Shown here: positions 25,941 through 40,029 of the stretch, piece by piece
Layout: every line of letters begins with the position of its first letter
How positions within the stretch are numbered: position 1 is the stretch's first letter
Source: Octopus bimaculoides
Taxonomy: Eukaryota
Reading direction: 5' to 3'
Assembly: GCF_001194135.2 (NCBI RefSeq)
Contig: NC_069001.1
Coordinates: 33,457,559-33,521,558 of the forward strand
Length of the DNA: 64,000 nt
Notes under the pieces: model-generated
Databases searched by the model: none
What the model was told of the DNA's origin: nothing
Seen by the model: the letters and a program-made list of their open reading frames with translations, nothing else
Position numbers and translations under genes: made by a program

Positions 25941-26050
25941 TTATATATATACATGTAGATGTAGGTATGTACATATATGTATGTATACATGCATATGCTC
26001 ATATATCATTTGTATTATTATATTATCGAACGCTACGCGTCCATTTGCAA

Positions 26051-26088
<38 letters not shown>

Positions 26089-26259
26089 NNNNNNNNNNNN
26101 NNNNNNNNNNNNNNNNNNNNNNNNNNNNNNNNNNNNNNNNNNNNNNNNNNNNNNNNNNNNNNNNNNNNNNNNNNNNNNNNNNNNNNNNNNNNNNNNNNNN
26201 NNNNNNNNNNNNNNNNNNNNNNNNNNNNNNNNNNNNNNNNNNNNNNNNNNNNNNNNNNN

Positions 26260-26294
<35 letters not shown>

Positions 26295-27230
26295 ATGATG
26301 CTTACCATCACCTTCATTCCCACTTTCTCAGGGACCACCAATACACCTTCCGCGGAGCCAGATTTACTGGACACCTACTCTCTTATGTCATTCATCAGTG
26401 GGCTCTCATTTTAAAGAAATTCAGAGAAAGCAACGTTGCTGCTATAAACATCAGAAAAGCTTTCAACCGTATCTGACAGCCAAATCTCGTATCAAAACTT
26501 CCCGTCTATGGGCTCCACCCATTTTTCATCTCTTGGATCGATAGCTTTGTATCAAATCGCACGATTGCGGCATGTGTTGGCAGTGCTCTCTCTCAGCTCC
26601 ATTCTCAGTCAACTCTGATATTTCCAACAGTTCGGTTCTGTCCATTATTGACCAACTTGTCACTATATTCAACAACCAATCTTATGTCGATGACACAATC
26701 CATCACTCCTCCCTAACCATGCATCATCCATACGCAAACTAGATATCACGCGCCAAACCTGTATTGAGTCCATGCCGAGAGAAAAAGTTCCCTACCCTAA
26801 GCCCTATCACGCTCCCTCTAATCATGATCAGCATTCAGCCAGAGCCTTCACAGTTGCCGCAAATCTTAGGTCTCACTGTCAACGAGGATCTCGCCTAGCT
26901 AAAGCACATCTTTAGCATAGCTAGGGTCGCATTGCAAAGTCTAGCCAGTCTCTTTAGAGTCAGAAGAAATTTCAGTCTACAACAGCTGCTGATACTCTAC
27001 AAGGCTCAAGTGATGCCCACAATGGGGTACTGCTACAACACACATTGGCACCTAGGACAGCAAAGAAGAGACACTTGACTTGACATCTCATAATTAACGG
27101 ACACATTCCAGCCTCTGGGCTACAAGTGTGCTGTCTCCTGTCTTTTTTTATTGCTACTATGATGGTCTCTGCTTGTCGCGTATTTCCAACTCTCATAATC
27201 TTTGATGCGTCCAACATCTCTTAGTCGCAC
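26295..27230 (+). mobile_element. LINE reverse-transcriptase remnant (jockey/I/CR1-group type)
   Basis: HQYTFRGARFTGHLLSYVIHQW...ESNVAAINIRKAFNRI..NLVSKLPVYGLHP..ISWIDSFVSNRTI. This is a degenerate RT segment with many stops. Confidence 0.8.
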
Positions 27231-27817
27231 TAACTACTATTTCCAAGATATATGACGTGTAAGAGAATGATGGTATGGTCAACTAAAACGTGGGTAAATC
27301 CTAATAAGTCTATTCTGTTAACGCTAGTCTTGCTATTAAACAACAGAATACATTATGTATAAGGGGTGGTCAAACTGCAGGGCTCGAACCAACGACCAGC
27401 GAGAAATAGCAGCTAAATCATTCTCAAATCAACCCTGACCATCTTAGAAAACAGAAGTATTGGATAATGTAACCCGGAGTACACAGTTTACGGCTGAGAT
27501 CTCGTTACTCAGGTCTGCGCAACCAGTACTAATTTGAGGGCTTTCAAGCATTTTATTTGCGGTTTATATTGGCTGAGTATCTCTTGCTTTTCATAATAAT
27601 TAATATAAAAGAGTAAATAAGAAAACCAAGCTTCAATTTTTTTACCGTAGACTTCTGCATTAGTACAAAAATATGAGGATTTCAATAAGGTGATACTTTG
27701 CGACTCTCAAAGAAGGCCCCTCGATCTCCTATAAATAACAGCTAAATTTTCAGATCATGCCTAACTGTTGTAAAAGGGGAAGGACACATTTGATAATGTA
27801 GTCCAAGGCACTATGAA

Positions 27818-27848
<31 letters not shown>

Positions 27849-28532
27849 GGAATGGCTACAGATGGAACCCCTTTGATCAGGTTTACTTAACACCCGAAAT
27901 TTATTTGTGCGTACCTTGTTATTTAACCTCAAGGCCAAACCTGATTGAACAGAATTGTAATCAAAGGTGTTCCAGTTATGATCATGTCTTTTGGGGTATA
28001 CCTCGGATTACATTGTCTAATGTCTTCTTTTTTAAGGCAGTTAAGGTATCGTGTGAGGGATATTTCCAACAGGTCAAGCGACCGTATACAGGTTGCTTCG
28101 AGTGGGCTCCTTTTCTGTTTTTTTTTTTAAAGCAAGTCAGGTCATCCTCGCTACACACAATGAAATATCGTGAAATCTTAAATTCAGACAGCATTCAGTC
28201 AGAAACTGATGCACACAATATGAACGAATATACACGTTCATACAAGGAAAAGTGAAAAACAACATTTCCAAACTTCTATTCTTTCATAGAAATACGTGAT
28301 ATTGTGTATGTTTATATACGTACCAGCGCCCGAATTATTCTGGAATAAATAAATGAAATATAAATTAGCCTCTTGGTATTACAATGAGAAAACCAAACTG
28401 GTTGTATTATATGTCTGTCTGGTAGATAAACGTCTGCCTGGTAGCCTGCATGTGATACGAGTGCGTTACTAGCCTACTTGGAATAATACACAAGTATGTC
28501 TGAAATTATGAAATTGAATATATATATATACT

Positions 28533-28918
28533 CTCTCTTTTACTTGTTTCAGTCATTTGACTGCAGCCATGCTGGAGCACCGCCTTTAGTCGAGCAAATC
28601 GACCCCAGGACTTATTCTTTGTAAGCTTAGTACTTATTCTATCGGTCTCTTCTGCCGAACCGCTAAGTTACGGGGACGTAAAAACACCAGCATCAGTTGT
28701 CAAGCGATGTTGGGGGGGGGGGGGCAAACAGACACACACATATATATACATATACATGACGGGGTTCTTTCAGTTTCCGTCTACCAAATCCACTTACAAG
28801 GCTTTGGTCGGCCCGAGGCTATAGTAGAAGACACTTGCCCAAGGTGCCACGCAGTGGGACTGAACCCGGAACCATGTGGTCGGTAAGCAAGCTACTTATC
28901 ACACAGCCACTCCTGCGC
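28533..28918 (-). mobile_element. tRNA-derived SINE family 2, complete copy
   Basis: Minus strand head gcaggagtggctgtgtgataagtagcttgc...ggttccgggttcagtcccactgcgtggc and tail tgactgaaacaagtaaaagag. Matches 40412-40805. Confidence 0.9.
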
Positions 28919-28982
28919 CTATATATATGAGTGTTGGGTAATATAAGTCTTAGTAAATGTATGATGCCAGTTTAAAAGTTAC

Positions 28983-29152
28983 CGTATAGATCTAGTAGAG
29001 AGTATGTGAGATTTAAAATCCTGTTTGTGATATAACCCTAATAGATTGTTCAAAATCGATTGGTTAACATTCCTCAGTTGCAATGTTTCCTTCATATTTT
29101 GGTTCAGTTTTGTTTGTTTACGTTTGTCAACTTCAGTTACAACGGGGGAAGT
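28983..29152 (-). CDS. Candidate internal coding exon of an unidentified gene
   Basis: Acceptor ttctgtttatttctaaag|ACT, donor CG|GTAACT, 170 nt open frame TSPVVTEVDKRKQTKLNQNMKETLQLRNVNQSILNNLLGLYHKQDFKSHILSTRSIR. No family recognised. Confidence 0.3.
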
Positions 29153-29377
29153 CTTTAGAAATAAACAGAATTTGTTCGCTAGAAAATGTGCGCACAAGCG
29201 AATCTAAAAGACAGTCTTCGGTGACGCAACATGCTAAAAGTAATAATAACAGTAATTATTAATGTACATCTAGTGGTTGTATGATATATACGGCTTAACA
29301 GTTTAATGCTATGTTCGTCTAGTTATTATTATGTAAGTCTACTATAGCGATTACTCAATATGTTGTATAGTTTAATA

Positions 29378-29910
29378 TCAGGTCAGTCTTGATTGAGCAG
29401 ACCTACGACCAAAGGCGTTCCAGCCGTTACCATCATGTCTTTTTATGGATATCTGGAAGTACATTACACAATGTGTACAATATGATCTCAGAAAGTTTTC
29501 GTTGCTATTTCTAGCAAGTCTATGCGACGATATAATGGCTCCCTCATTGACTCGTTATCTAATGTTGTCTAGCTTCAAGTCATTCCTGATCAAGACGCAT
29601 TTTAGCTGTGATCATCCTGTTGTCTTCAAGTAATGCAGTGTATCGAAGACTACATTATCAAATGTGCCTTTGCCTTCTTTAAGACAACAGCGTAAAATTT
29701 GGGAGCGAGTTGACTGCTATTTTTGCAGGTCGTGCGACAACAAAGATTCTTTCGTTACTTAATGTACTTAGTTGTTGTTTAACCCCGGGTCGGTCTTGAT
29801 CATGCAGATCTATATCAAAGGCTTTCCAACCATGCACCTCTTGTGTTTGGCCTGACAAACATCTGTAACTACATTTCTCAGTGTATTTCCTTCTTTAAGA
29901 TGGTAGACTC
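29378..29910 (+). repeat. Head-to-tail trimer (about 190 bp period) of the abundant dispersed repeat
   Basis: Units start at about 29378, 29566 and 29771 with the gtcag.cctgatc.agcagacct.tgatcaaagg..ttcca head. Confidence 0.75.
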
Positions 29911-31700
29911 ATTATGTATTTAATAAGTTGCGTAAAAAGTATAGTTTTTATAACATGTCTGCATCGTTGTATAAACATAGCATAATATGGGGACTCTGAT
30001 AGGCAAAAATTTGTTTTGGAAATACATATATTTTTTAACGCTATCCCTGATATTTTTATTATATCATATATTATTTATTTAAGTCTATTTCCATATTGGC
30101 TTGTATGGTGTGTTCAAGTAATATAAGATACAAGGACAGTCTGGTTATGTCATAAGACTACATATTCGTGTGATTCAAGTGGTAATGTATGTGTGTGTAA
30201 TACAAGCCTGTCTAATGTATGATTCTAATATATGTGCAGTTGCGTAATATAAAGCTAGTTGTATATGAAATAACACGATGTGGTCGAGTGATCAATTGAC
30301 AAGTGACGGAGAGGTGGTTGTCAGTTGAGCTTTTTGAACAGTTCCAAGAATGAGTCTTAACGCATCCAACAGACACTTGATTAGATAAAAAGATAGATAG
30401 ACAGATAGATAAAAAGCGATAAGGAAAGATGGGGGAAAATAAATATCACTACATGTCTGGAAACGTAATACAGTTTAAACACATGCTGATATATATACAC
30501 GAACAAACACGTTGAAACACACAACTCGTATACACGCGCACCTGAGTACATATGTCCGTCTACTGTCTATGTATACATGCATGTAACTATGTGTATGTAT
30601 ATGAATATGAATAGCTGTGTCCGTGTGTGCGCGCCTCTGTTCGTGCTTGATTTAGTACAGATGTACGCATTTGCTGCTGAATCTGCGTGTCTACATGTGT
30701 GTGTCTGAGAGTGAGAGAGAGAGAGAGGGGGGAAGAGGGGGGATAAAGAGAGTGAGTTTTGTGTGTACGTGCGGCGTGCGCGCGTGTATATGCTTATATC
30801 TGGTAATATGTATGAGAGTATTACTCTTTACTTCAGTTCATAAATATTGATTTTTTAAAAATCAGACATGCAGCTATGTTTTGAAAGCGGACGGGTATAT
30901 AACACTGTCGCTTATTCCCTATCATATTACTGGTATTCATTTTCCGTCCCTGGTGTATTCAAAGGAAATTGAAACTGCCAGGATTTGAACTAAAGATGAA
31001 AATGAGATAAACTTAGGCGATGACAAACCGAAAACAACGCAAAACTCGCTAAACCTCTTCGGAAAGGCATGAATGTTGAAAATTCCCCAAATCCCTAATC
31101 TATAAATCTGAGACGCATAGCTATTAAAAGAAGAAAATATATAGCATAGCAAATGCCATAAATTTTGTGGAACAGAGAACTGTGGATTAAATCGACACCG
31201 CCACTTCCATCCAATACTTGACAGGTACTTTATTTTAACAACCTTGAAAGAATTCGACCTGACTATAGTTAATTATTGCAAGGTAATTTAGCTTGATGCT
31301 CTACCGATTCGGCTATTACCTTCCCAAGGAGATGGTAAGAGATGAAAAAAGGAAATGAGAAAAAGAAAATTAAAAAATGCACACGAAAAACTGAAGACAG
31401 GAAAGAGGAAAGAAAAGCAAGAAGGTAGGAGGAGGAGGAAGAGAAGCGAAAGAAGGCTAGACAGACAGTTTGCTCCACAGGTAAAGCAGCGAAGGCCACT
31501 ATACCAGACAAATTACCAACAATGCCAACGTTGCAAGTCATCCATGCAAACATAGATTGTAGCAGTGCAAGAAAAAGCCTCAAGTAGCGGTAATAGAAAA
31601 TGTGTGTATATGTGTGTGTGTGTATATATATGTATATACATACACACACAAGTAGACAAACTATTTTAAAAAAGCCCTTGTTACGTCTGTGTGTACGTGC

Positions 31701-31734
<34 letters not shown>

Positions 31735-34700
31735 CAGTGGAAACAAAGACAGATAGACAGACAGACAGAAGGAGGTGGGAGGGCGAACGTGAGAAAACTG
31801 CCTGCTCGCATGTGCGACCTACATTCCTATGTTTAAAGGAAGACTTCCACTTCCGCGTTACCCGCTTGCTTGACTCGATACGGCAAATGCAGTCACAGTG
31901 TGACGGCGGCAGCGCCTGAGACAATGGCGTGCCGTTAGCCGACCGGCATGACTCCCTCACCGTCTTGCACCCCTTCTCAACATGTGAACATGAACAGTTA
32001 AAATGCAAGCTGCCTACTCTATAACACTGCTACTACTACCGTTACTCTCTATAACTGCCGGCAACAACCACCGCCAATAACATGTGGTTGGTCTACCGTC
32101 TAGAACTAGCAGCCAAGTCTCCCTAAAATCACACCTTAGGTATGTTAAAGATGCAGAAACATATAGGATAATGTAGTCGGGGTGGGGGTTAAAAAAACGG
32201 GGCACTGGCTGAAAAGCATCTGATTACGTCTAGCTACAAGATAAACAACTTCCTCTCAAATCACACGTTACTGTCTAGAAAAATATCGTTCACAATGAGA
32301 ACTCTCTTAATCTGAAAAATTAAGGGCTGACCAGAGGTTAAACAACAATATATTCATTCGCTATATAACGCCACTACAATCATCATGACTACCACCTTCA
32401 CCAGAAATACATGATCGTCATACATGCTAGAAATAGCAACCAAATCATACACTACTGTCTTTAAAAAAGAACATGGCGGAGTTTTGGAATATGTCCCTCG
32501 AAGTCCCTTACCTGACGGGAAAAGAAAATAGTAGTATTTAATCTTTATGCGCGCGCGCGCACACACACACAATATTCCTATTTCATGTAACAAATTATAA
32601 TTCTGAATTAAAAAATTTTTTTCCCCCAAATACGAATTTGTTACACTTTTGTTTTCACCCACTTCTGTACGAAACATAATCGGGATGATCACAGTTGGAA
32701 CGCCTTTGATCACAGATGATCTTGGGCTATACTATGTACTATTTTGAATATTATCAACATAACCAACAGCACATAACCATAACAACACCTTCATCGAGTC
32801 AAAAGTATAGCCTATACGCGATCGCTCGACCTAACAGAAATAGCAGTCAAATCTACTTAAATCATACCCTACTGCACTAATAAATGAAGATACACTGGAC
32901 AATACGGTCCTAGATAAACGAAATGACAGGCCAGTCACAGCTGGATCTAAACAATAACCACTACTATCACCATCTGATGGTGTCGCTGTCAACATGCTTT
33001 TTAATGATCTTTTTAACAATACCCGGAAAAGCTCAAAATCCGAGTTAACGATAAAATCTCTCTATGTTGTCACTAGACTTGCAGCAAATAAATATCTAAA
33101 TTACAATCCTACCATTATAAAAAGAGGGTCTATTGACAATCATGTAGTCCCAGAGACACTCACTGCTACAAAAAGAAAAAAGAAAGGTACACTCACAACT
33201 ATATATATATATATATATNNNNNNNNNNNNNNNNNNNNNNNNNNNNNNNNNNNNNNNNNNNNNNNNNNNNNNNNNNNNNNNNNNNNNNNNNNNNNNNNNN
33301 NNNNNNNNNNNNNNNNNNNNNNNNNNNNNNNNNNNNNNNNNNNNNNNNNNNNNNNNNNNNNNNNNNNNNNNNNNNNNNNNNNNNNNNNNNNNNNNNNNNN
33401 NNNNNNNNNNNNNNNNNNNNNNNNNNNNNNNNNNNNNNNNNNNNNNNNNNNNNNNNNNNNNNNNNNNNNNNNNNNNNNNNNNNNNNNNNNNNNNNNNNNN
33501 NNNNNNNNNNNNNNNNNNNNNNNNNNNNNNNNNNNNNNNNATATATATATATATATATATATATAATATACAGAGAGAGAGAGAGAGAGATGGCCATGGT
33601 CAGAATGTCCTTTGATCAAAGGCCTGCTCGATCCGAGCTGAGCAGCTGTTAAATAACAATTACAACAAAAGTAGTACATTAACAATTAAGTCCTTAACTT
33701 CGCCGTCACCTCCACCACCAGCATCATTATCGAGCAACCTCCGAGACAACTGTCAGCAAAGCTCGATCACCACTATCACAGCCATCGACACGAGACAACA
33801 AAAGTAGTCAAAGAGTATCAACCACTACCATCGACAGTACAATGGCTATTACTAACTATTATTATACCAAGAACATCATTAGAAATAATACTCGTGTGTC
33901 TTAGGTAATCACTCAATGACATCCGTGTTCGTTTTGATGGAAATCAATAGAGGAAAGAACTGTGTTAAGAGAGCATGATGACAACATTAACAACGACGGC
34001 GATGGTGATGGTCTCTATTAAACATCAACAACAATCATGGAGATATAGAAAATGGTTAAATGTGATAATTTCAACAAGCATTAAGCAAACCTACTGCTGC
34101 TGATGATGACAACAATGAAGATGATGACAACCATCATCACCACCACCACCACCACCACCAAGAACGAAGTCAATGATCGACCCCTTACATGGTCGCTCGA
34201 ATTGTTAGAAATAGCAGCAAAATTATCCTTCAATCACACCTTGTTATCTTTAAAAATATGGAAGAATACGCATGCAATCCTAGAAAATCCCCAATGAATA
34301 AGGGTGGTCATGACTGGAACGCTTTTGATCATAAGTCTACTCTATCAGGATTAAAGTGGAGCTAAAAACAAGCTTCGAACGCCGAACACGGCACAATAGT
34401 AGTTAGGAAGTTCTTGGCAGTCAGTGGGAGAAAGACTGCAATAACAGAGAGGGAGCGGGAGAGAGAAAAAGAAAGAGAGATGGGAGGTTAGAGAAAGGCT
34501 ACCTGTTTGCACTATTTCAGGTAAAAAAAAATAAATTACCCAATTGGTTTTACTGAGTCCCGTCACTCACTACATTGCTCCATTCTTTTTAATTTAAATA
34601 AATAATAAATCAGACATAATAACACAAAAATGTTTTTCCTCTAGTTTTTAAATACTACCCATAGAAATATGCACTGCGAGTCGAAAATAATTTTTAATTG

Positions 34701-37031
34701 AAAATATAGTCCTTCGGAGGATATGTGTGTGTGTGTGTGTGTGCAATTGAGAATAGTCATATTAATTTAAATGACTGACAATCATACATTCCATTTCTCA
34801 TACTTCGTTACAAACAAAAATACAAAGTTTTTTTTTACTAAAAAGTGGAATGAGCGAGTCGATTCTCCCATTCACTCACAATACATATATTATAAGTCCT
34901 TGTTTTTCTCGGCCACCCAAGGAAAGGCAAGATCGAACAACAACAATAATAATAATTTCATTCATATGCATAAATCTAGAAATTTAAAGGAGGGTACAGT
35001 CGATTATATCACCACCTAGTACTCGACGGGTACTTTGTCTTATTGATCCTTCCTCGATGACAGTATATCTAACAATCGTAACAACTGCGAATAAGTACAG
35101 AGTAAAAAATAAAACCGACTTTGCAAACTTTCTCAAATCTAAAACAACAATTAATAGAGACGCTCAAAACAGTTTACATTGTGAAGAAAAAGTTAAGACA
35201 AAACAAGATTTCCTTTCTTTCTTATGTGTTGAAGTGGCTAAAATAGAAGGCTTTGACGAAAGTCGAAAGTGAGTAAAGAGGGAGACTCGAGTTGGTCACT
35301 CAAGATATAGATATAGCAAACATCCAAAACATCGCACTAATGTCTTGAAATAAGGTAATCCTAGATATTCAAAAAGATTATATGATCAGAGCTGGAATAC
35401 TTTTAATCATAAGTTTGGGGCTAAACAACAACGAATAAAGACATTGGAATCGAAGTGAACCAGTTTGTTTACTAAACATCCCGATAGTTGAAGACAACAG
35501 ATATTTCAAATGAACAAAAACTAAACCATTTCGATTTCATCAAAAATACTGAAGGATAAAAAAAAGAGACGTTTGAGATAGTAAGTAACAAAGCAAGATA
35601 AAGCAGTCATAATTAAGAGAGAAAGAAGAAAAAGTGTGTGTGTGTGTGCGTGCGCGTATGTGTGTGTGAAAGAGAGACAGAGAGAGGTCCCTAATGTTTC
35701 AGAGGGGTTCATAGCGGAAGTGGGAATAGATCCAGCAAGAGCTGCCTGCCTCCCATTTTCTGATTATAGAATTTAACAGTCAGATATGCCGGTCTACACT
35801 GAATAAAATATATATATTAAAAAAAGACAAAACAAACTCACTACTTACAGAAATGTTCATGTGTGCAAAGATGTGGCTGAAGAAGAAATCTGTTTATGTG
35901 AAGGGAAAAGACGGTGGCAAAAAGGAGAGCTATAAAAAAAATAAATAAAAGGGAGAGCTTTCCAAGCTGGCAGTAAAGCAACAGAGGGAGAAAGGGATAG
36001 GAGAGACAGATATACTGAAAGAGTGAGTGGTTGAAGAGAGTGAACCCCATCTCATTATAATGATTTATGCAGAGGTCACTAGGTCAGAAACAGTAAGCAC
36101 CCAACACAACACATAATACGTCGAACATAGCCACGCAAATATATATATATATATATATATATATANNNNNNNNNNNNNNNNNNNNNNNNNNNNNNNNNNN
36201 NNNNNNNNNNNNNNNNNNNNNNNNNNNNNNNNNNNNNNNNNNNNNNNNNNNNNNNNATATATAATTGTGTGTGTGTATGTGTAAACATCCAAGGTAAGCA
36301 CAGTGAAAAAGCAACGGTAGGGAAATGTGCAGGGCACTAACAATAACGTAGTAATAATAAATTTAGTGTCTTGCAAAGATGTTATGCATTTCTGAAGGTA
36401 ATATATTACTTAGAAGGTTAGGCAATAACTGTTTCTTTTGTTCGATAAACTGAAAGACAAAACGATTACGGTAAAGCAAAAAAAACTAAGAAAAAGTATG
36501 TGTCCGGATCGAGTAGCGAGAGGGGAGTAAAGTGGATTTAGAGCGAGAGAACAAAGAACTCTTCTTTGTTCTGGTGTCAAGAACAAATCAGCGATTACTA
36601 AGTGGGGGAGCAGACGAACTGCTAGGAATGGGGAAGCAAGTTGAAGATGGGGCCACAGAAATTCTGTGTCCAGGGCATAAACATATAACTAATGACACCA
36701 ATGGAAATGGACTGAACATTTCTTTTTTTTTTCCGATGTAACAGTTTTAAGAATTTAAATGTATTTTGTTTTTGTTTTAAGTTTTTCTCGATGTAAATTG
36801 GGAAAGGTTTATTGCTACTTCTCTCCCTTATTTAAAAGAATGATTTAACTGATATATCTGGGTTCACCTCAGGCGAAAGGGAAACAAGATTGTGCTCCTT
36901 GTTATCGCTGTTATAACTGTACACAACGGGATCTCATGACAAAAAGGTAAATAGCAAAGAAAACCCTTAACAAAAGTGATGACACGAAAGAAACCCTTAG
37001 AAAAAGCGATCCTTAACACAGACACACTTAC

Positions 37032-37380
37032 CTATCATTCGGCGAAAGAAGATGCGGATTTCGGTTGGGATTTACTTCTTTCTGACCGCAACTAACTTCA
37101 CCGTGTAGTGACAAGTATATATATATCCCATCAGTTATTTGTTGTGGCTGAAAGATTCTCTCACTCTCGGTCGTCTTTGACTAGTTCTTGGGTTATCGTT
37201 GTTACAGCAAGCTGCGACTTCTCTTAAGCCCGAACCACTTCTCTCCCTCACACATTCGACATTATTTGTCTTTTTGTTTGTTTCTTTTCTTTTTTACTAT
37301 ATCTCTCTTTCAAACAAGAAGATTTTCGCTCCTTTGATTGGTCCGTGAGATGCTACAATATCGTTCTGATTGGTTAGACT
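37032..37380 (-). promoter_or_regulatory. Putative promoter and first exon of a minus-strand gene
   Basis: Two CCAAT boxes (ATTGG at 37337 and 37369) in CpG-containing sequence, followed on the minus strand by a perfect donor ATGATAG|GTAAGT at 37031. Confidence 0.55.
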
Positions 37381-38585
37381 GCTCTTATTACAGCCATCAC
37401 CTCCTCTTCCTCCACAACTGTTCTACGCGTAGCAATTTGACATGGTTACCTGCGTAAACTGTTTACTAGCACATGTCTCTCTCTTTATATATGACTTAAG
37501 CCATACCCTAATACCAATCGACAACAGATTTAATACATAACCGTCCCTCGTAACTAGTGTCCTCTTACTAATTCATAAAGTCATCAGGAATTTATAGAGG
37601 GTTTTTTTTTCTACGAATCCAATAACATGTGTCTAGTATTGGCATGTGCGTTTGAACACATGGTGGTAACGTGAGAAGCACAGCCGCCTCTTTTCTGTTA
37701 TTCTTTTCCAAATCGCCATTCTCTTCTTTGTTTTCTTTTTCTCTTTTCATTGTGGTTTCGCTTTAACAAACGGCATCTTGACTTATTTAAAAAATTAATC
37801 AGCAGTTTAATTATTACTACATGTAATGTTTTGTTATAATTATAAAAAGAGAAATAGCTTCTTTTTTTTTCTAGTCATGTTCAGACTTTATTAAACAATT
37901 TCGAAGTCAATAAAAACTTAATTGAATATCTCGTTTGAAGAAATCACCCAACAATTTTCTTTCCTAAACGCATTTATTGAAAGAATTTTCTAAATCATTG
38001 TTTAATTGAAAGACAAATTACCCTGCTACGTATTCGAGCCACCTAATATCAATGATAAACACGACACTGTCATTCGACCTGTTAGAAATAACAGCATTTT
38101 TTTTTTCAAATCCCACTTTACTGCTTTTTAAAAAGAACACAGTGTACAATGTAGTCATAGATATACAAAAAGATGTGATGGCCATGGCTGGAACGTATTT
38201 TTACACAGAGCTGCTCGATCAGGAATGATCTGTGGCCAAAGAACAACAATAAACACTAACACCCATGATAGATCAATGACACTGTTTATTTAATAGTCCT
38301 AGTTAATATTATAACTAACAGTAAGACTTTTAATCAACACAGTGGTTAACATTACACTTAGCTAGTTAAGAGGAGAAACTATGTTATGATACTAGCTGTC
38401 ATTTAGTTTCATATTTCGTAGCCTACAACATTTCCTTCGGAGAATTTTCCTCTATTATAGCTTGCTTGATCCTTTTACTACTTACGATCAATTCAGACAA
38501 TTTCTGTTGCTTCAAAATGAATGCAAGCAAGCAGTTTCCTTTTCAAACTGTTGATACATTATAAAACGAATTTCAATTAGATCGA

Positions 38586-38654
<69 letters not shown>

Positions 38655-39874
38655 ATATGTATGTATATATATATATGAATGTATGTATGTATATATGTGT
38701 GTGTGCGTATGTATGTACATGCGCTCGCGCGCGCACTCACATACTTACATATATGAGCACTGAGAACGAGTAATAGTGAGGCCTCCTCCGTATCGCTTTC
38801 ATGCTGCTATTTCATTTCCCGATGAGAAAATTTTCATTACACAGATGTCATTATTTTGAAAGCAACATAAACACGAAGGCCGTGCTCCAGCATGGCCTTA
38901 GCCATGATGGCTAAAATAAAGAAAACCGCAGAAGTTCATGTCATTTTACACTATTAATCGTATAATTTCTGCGTATGTAAGGTATTCAATATAATTTATA
39001 AAAACGTTTTAGTCACTATATATATATATATATATGAAATATTATGCAGTCACTCGCGTGCGCGTACACTCGCGCACGCGAGCACGCACCACACACACTG
39101 GTGTTACGAAATATTGATTTCTATTGACGAGACACCACACGACAAATAACCAGTGGAGGGAGTGTAATCAGTCTTTTAAATCAACTATGTTATATTCAGG
39201 GTATTTATTTTATCGAATATGTAGTGTGGAATTCAAAGTATTAGGAGGATTTGAATAGATAATGGGACAGAACTAAATGCTATAATGTATTTGAGCGTTC
39301 AATTGTCAGAGCTCACAACCACCTCAAAATCATAATTTTTGGAATGGGAATGAATGTATATTCTAATAGACTGACCTCAATACTCAACTGGTATCTACTT
39401 TTTTGACCTTCAGTAGAATTTAAGGCGAAGTCGACTTTAGATTGGATTTGAACTCAAAATATCACCTTAAGTTGATGATTTGATGACGATGACGATGATA
39501 ATGATGATGATCACGCTGTGAGAGAGAATATGCTTCTAGGCTGAAGTTCTTTCACTTCATATTGTTTATGTTCTCATAACAGGAATGATTGTCAATTTTT
39601 TGTGTTGCATTTGTATAAAATATCTAAGAAATCAGTGATGATAATGGTTGTGACTACAACAAGAATGAATAATAATAACTATTAGAGTTCATTTTTACCA
39701 TTTTGTAATCTTATTTGTATTTCAGATCCATTCATTAAATATGCATCTTTCTTTAACAATCAGTATCATGACTGCTAGCATCACAACACCATCATCATCC
39801 TATTATCATCATTATTGTACTAAAGCACCATCTTCATGTTTATACTTTTCTCAAAATAATTAACTAAATTCTCA

Positions 39875-39932
<58 letters not shown>

Positions 39933-40029
39933 ACACACACACATACACACATATATAGACACATACATGCACAAATATTTATATATATGTTGTACGGATG
40001 TATATATGTATGCATATGTGTATTTATGT

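Noticed and set aside
36532-36741. 69-aa plus-strand ORF
   Set aside because: GTG start, no recognisable motif, no supporting splice context.
39053-39082. 12-bp perfect CpG-rich hairpin
   Set aside because: It derives from (CG)/(CA) microsatellite sequence, where such palindromes are expected.
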